From Candidatus Omnitrophota bacterium (lineage in GTDB: Bacteria > Omnitrophota > Gorgyraeia > Gygaellales > Profunditerraquicolaceae), in contig JAOAET010000044.1 of NCBI GenBank assembly GCA_026416665.1, positions 2,491-66,490 on the forward strand: a stretch of DNA of 64,000 bases, in the 5' to 3' direction. Shown here piece after piece: positions 38,718 through 47,476 of the stretch. The translations under genes were made by a program, and so were the position numbers. Below the pieces are notes generated by a model, which saw nothing but the letters and a program-made list of their open reading frames with translations, was not told where the DNA came from and did no database searches. Each line of letters opens with the position of its first letter. Positions within the stretch are counted from its first letter, which is position 1.

Positions 38718-39944
38718 TTATAAAAAACGTGCCTTTACTGATTCAAGATGTTCAGTTAATCCTTCAATACTTGCTATTTTTTCTAATGGAAGACGAACTT
38801 TTTCTAATGCTTTTTTACTATAACCAATTATATGAATACTTTTAATAAAGTCATATACCGATAAACCAGAGAAGAATCGTGCAGTGCCTGCAGTAGGTAA
38901 AACATGGCTGGGACCTGCAACATAATCTCCCACGGCTGTTGGGCTGTAAGGACCCAAAAATACTGCACCTGCATTGTGTACAAACTTAAGCATACGCTGA
39001 GGATTTTTTACAAAAATCTCAAGGTGCTCTGGTGCAATAGTATTGGCAATTTCCATTGCCTGTCTGATGTTTTTGGTTAAGATAATTGCCCCATTTATAT
39101 TTAACTGTGCCTTTACTGTCTTTGCTAATGCCTTAGAATTAGTAATCAATACTGCCAAACCTCCCGCATGTTCTGCTTGCGCCTTAAGGTCAGCAATTAT
39201 AAACTTGGGGTCACTGAAGCGATTAGCTACAATCACAAGCTCTGTAGGTCCAGCAACCATATCAATATCTACATAACCAAAAACTTGTCTTTTTGCCTCG
39301 CTTACATATATATTACCTGGTCCAACTATTTTATCAACTTTAGGTATGGTCTTAGTCCCAAAGGCAAGGGCTGCTATTGCCTGTGCACCTCCTATACGAT
39401 ATACTCCATCAACTTTCAGCAAATCAGCAACCACCAATATATGAGGATTAATATTACCGTTTTTGTCTGGAGGACTAACTAATACTATTTTTTTTACTCC
39501 TGCAATTTTTGCTGGAAGAACAGTCATATATACTGTGGATACCAGAGGAGCTGTTCCAGCAGGCACATAAACACCTAAGCGTTCTAAGGGCTCATATTTC
39601 TCTCCTAAAATAAGTCCATCTGTATCCTTTATCCTCCAGGATTTCTTTAATTGTTTACGATAAAAACGATTAATATTTTCTATAATCACTTTAAGCTGCG
39701 TAACAAAATCACCAGAGATACTCTGGTAAGCACCACTAATCTCGCGTTCACTTATACGCAGTTGTTTAGCAGTAAGTTTGACTTTGTCAAACTTACGCAT
39801 ATAACGAAGAAGTGCCTCATCACCAAAGATACGCACATCTTCAATTATTCGCTTTACTTTTTCTTCAACACGGTGAGATTTTATAAATCCACGATTATAG
39901 ATTTTCTCCAGTTGCTTTGTGGCATTATAACGAATTATCTTCAT
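38718..39944 (-). CDS. hisD: Histidinol dehydrogenase
   Basis: 408-aa ORF with GPGNIYVSEAKR and AGPTE...AQAEH motifs. It overlaps the alaS stop by 4 nt. Confidence 0.9.
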   Translation of the reverse strand: MKIIRYNATKQLEKIYNRGFIKSHRVEEKVKRIIEDVRIFGDEALLRYMRKFDKVKLTAKQLRISEREISGAYQSISGDFVTQLKVIIENINRFYRKQLKKSWRIKDTDGLILGEKYEPLERLGVYVPAGTAPLVSTVYMTVLPAKIAGVKKIVLVSPPDKNGNINPHILVVADLLKVDGVYRIGGAQAIAALAFGTKTIPKVDKIVGPGNIYVSEAKRQVFGYVDIDMVAGPTELVIVANRFSDPKFIIADLKAQAEHAGGLAVLITNSKALAKTVKAQLNINGAIILTKNIRQAMEIANTIAPEHLEIFVKNPQRMLKFVHNAGAVFLGPYSPTAVGDYVAGPSHVLPTAGTARFFSGLSVYDFIKSIHIIGYSKKALEKVRLPLEKIASIEGLTEHLESVKARFL

Positions 39945-42553
39945 AGACTTTTTAATAATAGATCTTTTATTGAAGATAACGCCTGAGATAACTGTTCAGT
40001 TCGTGGGCCTCCTGCCTGTGCAAAATCTTTTCTGCCTCCACCAGAACCACCAATATAAGAAGCAATATCTTTTATTAGTTTTGAGGCATCCACCTGACCA
40101 GAGTTTGTAGCTATTACAATATTCGCCCGTCCATCTTTAGCTGAACCAACTGCAATTAAAATATTAGTTACTTTTTGCTTCAATAAATCCGCCACTTTCC
40201 GTAAGACCTCAAGGTCTGCCTCTGGCAAAGAAGTAGTAATGATATTTATTCCCTTTACCTGCTCTATTTTTTCTAAAAGTTTATCTAATGAAGATTCTAA
40301 CAGACGATCTTGGAGGGTAACCAATTTTTTTTCTAATTCTCTTATTTGCTTAACCCGCTTCTCAAGTTCTGTTATTAGTTTATCGTTACTTGTCTTTAAG
40401 ATTTCAGAAATCTGCCGAAGTAATTGCTCCTGCTGTTTTATTTTATTAAAAGCAATTTCTCCTGTGACTGCCTCAATACGACGAACACCGCTGGCAATAG
40501 AACTTTCACTGGTAATCTTAAACAACCCAATTTCTCCTGTAGCATCAAGGTGGGTGCCTCCACAAAGCTCTTTGGAAATATTCTCAATAGTTACTACACG
40601 CACAATTCCTTCATACTTCTCAGCAAAAAAAGCTAAGGCACCTTTTTTCCGTGCTTCTTCCAAATCCATCTGCTCTTTTTGAACTGGGGCATTCTCTCTA
40701 ATAAAACTATTTACCAATTCTTCTACTCGGTCAAGCTCGTCTTGAGTAAGACCTTTAAAATGGGTAAAATCAAAACGCAACCGTTCATCTGAAACAAAAG
40801 AGCCTTGCTGCTGTATATGATTACCCAAGACCTTGCGTAAGGCTGCCTGAAGTAAATGGGTAGCAGTGTGGTTACGCATAATTGCCTTACGCCGTGGGAT
40901 ATCAATTTTTGCTTCCACGGTATCTTTAACTTTTAACTTACCTGACCTTACCACTGCCTGATGTAAATGAAGTTTATTTAGTTTCTTAGTGTCTTTAACA
41001 ATAATTTTGGCAATAGATGACTGTAAACTTCCTGTGTCACCTACTTGTCCACCTGCTTCTGCGTAAAAAGGAGTTCTATCTAAAATGATAGTTACTTCTT
41101 CTCCTTCGCTTGCCTGTTCTATTTCCTTATTATTAAATAATATTTTAAGCACCTGGGCATTAGTAACGTAAGAATCGTAACCCACGAATACAGTTTCTGC
41201 TACATCTTTCAATTCCAATTCTTTTGTACTGAAGACATCTCCCTGCATGAAACTGGTGATCTTAGAACGCTCTTTTTGCCGTTGCAAAGCACGGTCAAAG
41301 GCCTCTTGTGAAAAAGTATAGCCATACTTATTAAGCCAATCTTGGGTAACTGCTAAGGGAATACCATATGTATCATAAAGTTGAAAAGCTATCTCGCCAA
41401 CAGTCTGCGCGTCTTGTTTGTTCTGTATTTTGCTATACCGTTCTTTTAATAATTCTTCGCTATTATCTAAGGTTGTATTAAAATTCTTTTCTTCCGCTAA
41501 AATTATCTGAGCAATTGTTTCTCTTTCTTTGTTTAGTTCTGGATAAGGATTACGCATCAGTTCTGATACAATGGGCACTAATCTATAAAGAAAAGGTTCC
41601 TTAATACCTATTTGTCGAAGATGTAAACAACTTTTACGAATAAGTTTGCGCACAACATAACCACGAGCTTCGTTTGAAGGAAGCACACCATCAAAAATAG
41701 CAAACACCACTGCACGCACATGGTCACTTATGGCATAGATAAAAGGGGTTAGACTTTCGTCTTTTTGTTCTGCAAAAGAGCGTATTTCTTTAACCAGTGG
41801 AATAAACAGGTCTGTCTGAAAATTACTGCGCACTTCTTGCATTACTGCGCTAATGCGTTCAAGACCCATACCTGTATCAATATTTTTTTGCGGAAGAGGC
41901 TCTAAAATACCAGAGTCTTTTCGATTAAACTGGGTAAAGACAAGGTTCCAAACCTCAACAAATCTACCACAGCCGCAGGCAGGACTACAATCTTTCTTAC
42001 CACAACCCGAAGTTTCACCTAAATCAAAAAATATTTCTGAACAAGGACCGCAAGGCCCATTAGGACCTTTTTCCTTGGCATCTGCCGGCCAAAAATTGTC
42101 ATGTTCACCTAATTTAACAATCTTATAAGAAGGCAGATCAATATCTTTATTCCAAATTTCATAAGCCTGCTTATCTTCCAAATAAACTGAAACCCACAAT
42201 TTCTCTTCAGGTATAGACAATTCCTTGGTTAAAAATTCCCAAGCCCAGGTAATTGCCTCTTTTTTAAAATAATCACCAAAAGAAAAATTCCCTAACATCT
42301 CAAAGAAGGTATGGTGGCAGTCAGTCTTTCCTACCTTTTCTAAATCATCAGTCCGCAGACACCTCTGACAAGAGGTTGCGCGAGTAAAATCAGTGATAAA
42401 ACCCAGGAATTGCTTCTTAAACTGGTTCATCCCTGCAGGAGTAAATAATACTGTAGGGTCATCTTTAGGAACCAATGAATCACTAGGAACAACCCGATGT
42501 CCTTTTTGCTGAAAAAATTCCAAAAATCTTTTTCTAATCTGATCAGCTTTCAT
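39941..42553 (-). CDS. alaS: Alanine--tRNA ligase
   Basis: 870-aa ORF with a class II aaRS catalytic core, an editing domain (HTATHLL...CGGTH) and a C-terminal DHHA1-like domain. Confidence 0.95.
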   Translation of the reverse strand: MKADQIRKRFLEFFQQKGHRVVPSDSLVPKDDPTVLFTPAGMNQFKKQFLGFITDFTRATSCQRCLRTDDLEKVGKTDCHHTFFEMLGNFSFGDYFKKEAITWAWEFLTKELSIPEEKLWVSVYLEDKQAYEIWNKDIDLPSYKIVKLGEHDNFWPADAKEKGPNGPCGPCSEIFFDLGETSGCGKKDCSPACGCGRFVEVWNLVFTQFNRKDSGILEPLPQKNIDTGMGLERISAVMQEVRSNFQTDLFIPLVKEIRSFAEQKDESLTPFIYAISDHVRAVVFAIFDGVLPSNEARGYVVRKLIRKSCLHLRQIGIKEPFLYRLVPIVSELMRNPYPELNKERETIAQIILAEEKNFNTTLDNSEELLKERYSKIQNKQDAQTVGEIAFQLYDTYGIPLAVTQDWLNKYGYTFSQEAFDRALQRQKERSKITSFMQGDVFSTKELELKDVAETVFVGYDSYVTNAQVLKILFNNKEIEQASEGEEVTIILDRTPFYAEAGGQVGDTGSLQSSIAKIIVKDTKKLNKLHLHQAVVRSGKLKVKDTVEAKIDIPRRKAIMRNHTATHLLQAALRKVLGNHIQQQGSFVSDERLRFDFTHFKGLTQDELDRVEELVNSFIRENAPVQKEQMDLEEARKKGALAFFAEKYEGIVRVVTIENISKELCGGTHLDATGEIGLFKITSESSIASGVRRIEAVTGEIAFNKIKQQEQLLRQISEILKTSNDKLITELEKRVKQIRELEKKLVTLQDRLLESSLDKLLEKIEQVKGINIITTSLPEADLEVLRKVADLLKQKVTNILIAVGSAKDGRANIVIATNSGQVDASKLIKDIASYIGGSGGGRKDFAQAGGPRTEQLSQALSSIKDLLLKSL

Positions 42554-43049
42554 ATATCTTCTGTTCTTTAAAAATACGCTCTAGACAGTCGATTACTTCT
42601 TCCTGAAGGAAACCTCTACGCATAAGGAAATTAAACAGTCTTCTTCTCATAGTTTTCTCATCTAATCCTCTCATACGACTTAACCGCTGTCTTGCTAATG
42701 TCTCAAGAACCTCCAAATTATTTGAAGGTTTTACTACCTTTTTCAAAACCTCTTCAATCAAATTATTCTCAATACCTTTTTGTTGCAGTTCTCTTCTTAT
42801 CCGGTGATATCCTACACCCTGCTTGAGCCGCCAATTAATCCAATTTTCTGCAAACAAGCGGTCATCTAAAAAATTTTTTTCCCTTAAGAAAGCAATGGTT
42901 TGGGCAATAACTTCAGGAGAAAACTTTTTTCTCTCAAGACGGCGTTTAATCTCGGCACAACTACGTTGCCGATATTTAAGCAATAAAAATGCATACTGTT
43001 TTGCCTGGTCAATACCAAGAAGATTATTTCTCACTCTTTTCTTTAACAA
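42543..43049 (-). CDS. recX: Recombination regulator RecX
   Basis: 168-aa helical-repeat ORF. Its position between recA and alaS is the classical synteny. It overlaps alaS by 11 nt and htrA by 26 nt. Confidence 0.8.
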   Translation of the reverse strand: MLKKRVRNNLLGIDQAKQYAFLLLKYRQRSCAEIKRRLERKKFSPEVIAQTIAFLREKNFLDDRLFAENWINWRLKQGVGYHRIRRELQQKGIENNLIEEVLKKVVKPSNNLEVLETLARQRLSRMRGLDEKTMRRRLFNFLMRRGFLQEEVIDCLERIFKEQKIYES

Positions 43050-44535
43050 TCACAAAACCCCTGGCAGTAGCTACTAAACAATCACCCTTAAGGAAGCGGG
43101 TAATACGGTTAAAATCATTTACCGAACTTATGCGCTGGTGATTAATCTCTAAAATTATATCTCCAGGCATAATTCCTGCATCTGCAGCAGGGCTATCTTC
43201 TTTTACTTTAACTACCACTACACCCTCTGTCTGACTCATTCCGAACTGCTTTGCTCTCGACGAACTAACTTCTGCTACTTCCATACCACGCCAAGTCCCT
43301 GATTGTTCTTTATCTTCGGGTAACTGCTCTTCTGTTATCTGTTGGCTGGCTACTTGCTCAGGACGAGAGCCAAGAACTACCTCTAAAGGAATTTCTTTTT
43401 TATCTCGTAAAACCAATATTCTTACCTTTTTACCCACATCGCTGTTATTCATAAAACTAAGAAGTTCTTTTACAGAATTAACTTTTTTGTTGTCAAATTC
43501 AATCAAGATATCACCTTTTTTCATCCCTGCCTTTTGTGCAGGACCACCAGCTAAAACTCCTGCTATTAAAACCCCTTTTTTTTCAGATAAACCAAAATAT
43601 GTAGCTAAATCCTCGGTCATGTCTTGAACCGTTACTCCCAACCAGCCATACTCTACTTTCTTTCCTTCAATAAGACGGGAAAGAATCCTGCGAGCACTAT
43701 TAATTGGGACAGCAAAACCTATTCCTTGATAGCCACCACTTGTACTATATATGGCCACGTTAATTCCAATGACCTCACCTTTAAGGTTTACCAAAGGCCC
43801 TCCTGAATTGCCCGGATTAATAGCAGCGTCAGTTTGGATTAAATCATTGTAATCTCGTTCACGGGCCAAAGTTCTACCTAAACTACGATGCAAAGCACTA
43901 ATAACTCCTATTGTAACAGTAGGCTCAGGATTTTGCATAGCTAATCCAAAAGGATTACCAATTGCCACTACCCACTGACCAATTTTAAGCTTATCTGAAT
44001 CACCCAAAACTGCCACAGGTAAATTTCGCGCATTAATCTTAATTACTGCCAAGTCTGAGCGCACGTCCTGACCTTTTAGTTCTGCCTTAAACTCACGGCC
44101 ATCGGGAAGAATAACTTTAATCTTTTCGGCACCTTCTACTACGTGTTGATTGGTCAGAATATAACCTTGAGGGTCAATGATTACCCCTGAACCAACACCT
44201 ATTCTGCGGTATTCGCGCTGAGGAATCTCACCAAAAAAATCTTCAAAAAACCGACGAAACGGGTCATCGCTTCCAAAAGGTGAATCCTCTGGAAACCCAA
44301 AGTAAAATCTTCTGACTCCCCCTACTCTCTGAACTTGCTCTACTGTAATTGCTACCACTGCTTTACCAGTAGTTTCAGCTACACGAATAACTGCATCTTC
44401 CATGGGATAACCTTCAAAAGTCTCCGACCTAGATAATTGCTGTGCCGTTAATTTATCTGAAAACAAAGCTATCCCAAATAAATAACCAACGTTTAGAATA
44501 ACAAGAATAAAGAGTAATTGCTTACTTTTATACAT
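43024..44535 (-). CDS. htrA: Periplasmic serine endoprotease DegP/HtrA (trypsin-like domain plus two PDZ domains)
   Basis: 503-aa ORF with an N-terminal TM/signal sequence, a catalytic triad context (TNQHVV...D...GNSGGPL) and two PDZ-like C-terminal segments. Confidence 0.85.
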   Translation of the reverse strand: MYKSKQLLFILVILNVGYLFGIALFSDKLTAQQLSRSETFEGYPMEDAVIRVAETTGKAVVAITVEQVQRVGGVRRFYFGFPEDSPFGSDDPFRRFFEDFFGEIPQREYRRIGVGSGVIIDPQGYILTNQHVVEGAEKIKVILPDGREFKAELKGQDVRSDLAVIKINARNLPVAVLGDSDKLKIGQWVVAIGNPFGLAMQNPEPTVTIGVISALHRSLGRTLARERDYNDLIQTDAAINPGNSGGPLVNLKGEVIGINVAIYSTSGGYQGIGFAVPINSARRILSRLIEGKKVEYGWLGVTVQDMTEDLATYFGLSEKKGVLIAGVLAGGPAQKAGMKKGDILIEFDNKKVNSVKELLSFMNNSDVGKKVRILVLRDKKEIPLEVVLGSRPEQVASQQITEEQLPEDKEQSGTWRGMEVAEVSSSRAKQFGMSQTEGVVVVKVKEDSPAADAGIMPGDIILEINHQRISSVNDFNRITRFLKGDCLVATARGFVIVKEKSEK

Positions 44536-44574
44536 AGTAACCCTCCTTTAGTTATAGCCCTTTTGATTTTATCT

Positions 44575-45636
44575 TTAAGAAACCATGGAGAGTTTTTTTC
44601 TTACTTCTTTCTCAATTGCCTCTGCAAGTTTAGTATTTTCTCTGATTGCTTTTATTGCCGCATCCCTCCCTTGGGCAATCTTATTGTCACCAAAAGAAAG
44701 CCAAGTTCCTGATTTTTGAATTACCCCTATATTTAGACCAGCATCTATTATACTTGCTGCCTTATCAATACCTGCCTCATGCAAGATATCAAACTCTGCT
44801 TCTTTGAAAGGAGGGGCAACCTTGTTTTTTACTACGCGCACCCGTACATGACCACCGATTACTTGCTCTCCTTCTTTTATGGAATTAACCCTACGCACAT
44901 CTAAACGCACAGAGGCATAAAATTTTAATGCCCTTCCTCCAGGCGTCGTTTCCGGATTACCGAACATCACCCCTATTTTTTCTCTCAACTGATTAATGAA
45001 AATAACGCACGAACGGGATTTACTAATAGCAGCGGTCAATTTTCGTAAGGCCTGAGACATAAGACGCGCCTGTAAGCCTACATGTGAATCACCCATCTCA
45101 CCCTCAATCTCAGCACGTGGTGTTAAGGCTGCCACTGAATCAATAACAATAATATCTACGGCATTAGACCGCACCAACGTCTCAGCTATCTCTAAAGCCT
45201 GCTCTCCTGTATCAGGCTGGGAAATCAGTAAATCTTCTAAGTTTACCCCGATTTTAGAAGCATAAGTAGAATCAAAGGCATGTTCTGCATCAATAAAAGC
45301 AGCCACCCCGCCTTGTTTTTGTGTCTCCCGAATTGCAGTTAAAGAAAGGGTAGTCTTACCTGAGGCCTCTGGACCAAATATTTCAATTACTCTTCCTCTA
45401 GGCAATCCACCTACCCCTAAGGCACAATCTAAAGTAAGTGCGCCTGTGGGAATAACATCTACTTCGGTTTTTATCTTTGAACCCAATTTCATAATTGAAC
45501 CCTTACCAAATTGTTTCTCAATATGACTAAGGGCTAACTCCAAGGCCTTAAGCCTTTCAGTAGAATCTTTTCTTAGGGAATTAGAGACTGAGTCATTCTG
45601 AGCTTCTTTTTGAGTTGTTTTTTCGTGCTTAACCAT
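44575..45636 (-). CDS. recA: Recombinase A
   Basis: 353-aa ORF with Walker [10 protein letters not shown], the L1/L2 loops and [31 protein letters not shown] lies 4 nt upstream. Confidence 0.95.
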   Translation of the reverse strand: MVKHEKTTQKEAQNDSVSNSLRKDSTERLKALELALSHIEKQFGKGSIMKLGSKIKTEVDVIPTGALTLDCALGVGGLPRGRVIEIFGPEASGKTTLSLTAIRETQKQGGVAAFIDAEHAFDSTYASKIGVNLEDLLISQPDTGEQALEIAETLVRSNAVDIIVIDSVAALTPRAEIEGEMGDSHVGLQARLMSQALRKLTAAISKSRSCVIFINQLREKIGVMFGNPETTPGGRALKFYASVRLDVRRVNSIKEGEQVIGGHVRVRVVKNKVAPPFKEAEFDILHEAGIDKAASIIDAGLNIGVIQKSGTWLSFGDNKIAQGRDAAIKAIRENTKLAEAIEKEVRKKLSMVS

Positions 45637-45699
45637 AATGCCTCCCGCTAGTTTTATTCCGCTTTAAAACGGCTGTTTAAGTATTTTGTTAGACCACTT

Positions 45700-45729
45700 A
45701 TTATATCCCAGATATAGGAAAACTGTCAA
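45700..45729 (-). promoter_or_regulatory. Perfect-consensus sigma70 promoter for recA: -35 TTGACA (45724-45729), 18-nt spacer, -10 TATAAT (45700-45705); the 5' UTR would be ~57 nt
   Basis: Both hexamers read directly from the minus strand (plus-strand TGTCAA and ATTATA). Confidence 0.6.
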
Positions 45730-46177
45730 CAAAAATGCCCTCCTTTCTTTTAAGGTTTTTGTGTTTCTGTATTTTCTAAAAATCTGCTATTTTAAAAAGA
45801 CGTATAGTTTCTTATTCTCTCACTAAGTTTTACTGTATTGTCTGGGCTGATAAGCCAATGGAAGTCTATAGAGGTTAGTATAAGATTACTTCTTTATCCT
45901 GTGGTAAATGAATTTAGTTTAAAACCAAAGTTGTATTTATTTAAAGCAAAGAATATATCTTAAAAAAGCCTGTTCTTTTAATCTTTCTTTTAATCTGTCT
46001 CAAATAGAGCTTGGGATAGCTGGTAGTTTTTCTTATCACTTAATCTATAGCCACAAAGCTTATAATCTGAGAATTACTGCTGTTCTTCTGTTATCTTTTT
46101 GCTTTACATATTTTTATATGTTGTTTATCAACGGGGTAGAATTGACACTATCTAGTTTTTATGTTACATTTTTAGGT

Positions 46178-47362
46178 ATGGACGAATTGACCAAGATAAA
46201 ACAAGAACTTGAACGCACCCGCTCTGAATTAACCATTCTCTATGAAATTTCTAATGCCATGCGTACAACACTCAAGTTAGATGAGATTCTTTATATTATA
46301 CTTACGGGTGTAACTGCGCATATTGGATTAGGTTTTAACCGAGCAGTTCTATTTTTAGTTAATGAAAAAGAAAACCTTATTGAGGGTAAAATGGCAATTG
46401 GGCCAGAATCGGCTGAAGAGGCAGGGCGCATTTGGCGTTATATTGAGCAGGAAAAATTAGATATGGAAGATATGATTAATGCCTATAAGGTCTCAGGTAA
46501 GGTCAAAGAAAGTGCCTTTAACCGTCAGGTTCAACAAATAAAAATCCCACTTTCTGAGACGAAAGAAAATCTACTTGCCCTTTGCGCCTTAGAAGGAATG
46601 CCTTTACATCTTACTAAAGAGACAATTCAAAATTATGCTCAAGATAAAATCATTCAGTTTCTTCGTTCAGAGGAATTAGTGATAGTTCCGCTTAAGGCAA
46701 AAGACAAGGTCAACGGTATAATTCTGGCAGATAACTTTGTTACCAAAAAACCAATTACTAAAGACGATGTGCGAATGCTTATAATGTTGGCAAACCAAGC
46801 TGGCCTTGCTATAGAAAACTCTCAGCTTTATGAAAAAACACTCATTACTGCTCATCAAGATTCACTAACTTCCCTATGGAATCACGGCTATTTCCAGTAT
46901 CTTTTGAATATGGAGTTAGAACGTTCGCGTGCAACCTTTTCACCATTATCCCTTATCTTACTTGACTTAGATGATTTTAAGGCATACAATGACGCGCTCG
47001 GACATCAAGCAGGAGATATGCTCTTACGTGAGATAGCTCTGCTACTTAAGAATCATTCTAGAAAAATGGACCACGTCTGTCGTTACGGTGGAGAAGAATT
47101 TGCAATTATCCTTCCTTCTACTGATAAACGCGAAGCAGCTCTTATTGCTGAACGGCTAAGAGAAAATATAGAAAAACATCACTTTAACAAGGAACAAATC
47201 CTACCTAACAAAATACTTACCGCCAGCTTAGGGATCGCTTCATTCCCTGATGATAGCTCTACTACTTCTGAACTCATTAGTCACGCGGATGCTGCCCTTT
47301 ATCAAGCAAAACACAAAGGAAAAAATGTGGTGGTTACCTACCATAACAGCGAAATTCACTGA
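46178..47362 (+). CDS. GAF domain-containing diguanylate cyclase (GGDEF); the ORF could instead start at 46118
   Basis: The C-terminal GGDEF domain carries an intact RYGGEEF active site and DxLT...NDxxGH motifs. The N-terminal ~180 aa resemble a GAF domain. This is the only plus-strand gene in the window. Confidence 0.8.
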   Translation: MDELTKIKQELERTRSELTILYEISNAMRTTLKLDEILYIILTGVTAHIGLGFNRAVLFLVNEKENLIEGKMAIGPESAEEAGRIWRYIEQEKLDMEDMINAYKVSGKVKESAFNRQVQQIKIPLSETKENLLALCALEGMPLHLTKETIQNYAQDKIIQFLRSEELVIVPLKAKDKVNGIILADNFVTKKPITKDDVRMLIMLANQAGLAIENSQLYEKTLITAHQDSLTSLWNHGYFQYLLNMELERSRATFSPLSLILLDLDDFKAYNDALGHQAGDMLLREIALLLKNHSRKMDHVCRYGGEEFAIILPSTDKREAALIAERLRENIEKHHFNKEQILPNKILTASLGIASFPDDSSTTSELISHADAALYQAKHKGKNVVVTYHNSEIH

Positions 47363-47420
47363 AATAGACTTTATAAATAATTTTTCTTAACGAAGTCTTT
47401 TTACTTGTTAGAGAATAAGA

Positions 47421-47449
47421 CAGGGCGAGAAGACTCGCCCTGTTTCCTC
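47421..47449. terminator. Bidirectional intrinsic terminator between the convergent GGDEF and smc genes: stem CAGGGCGAG/CTCGCCCTG, loop AAGA, T-rich on both strands
   Basis: 9-bp GC-rich perfect stem at 47421-47442, followed by TTTCCTCC on the plus strand and TCTTATTCTCT on the minus strand. Confidence 0.55.
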
Positions 47450-47476
47450 CGGACAACTACTTCTAAAGGATTAGTT

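Noticed and set aside
45637-46117. tRNA, small ORF or LexA box in the 481-bp recA upstream region
   Set aside because: I found no cloverleaf-compatible GC-rich stems or a TTCGAAT-type T-loop, no ORF above 20 codons with a start/SD context, and no canonical SOS-box palindrome. Only the promoter and SD are supportable.
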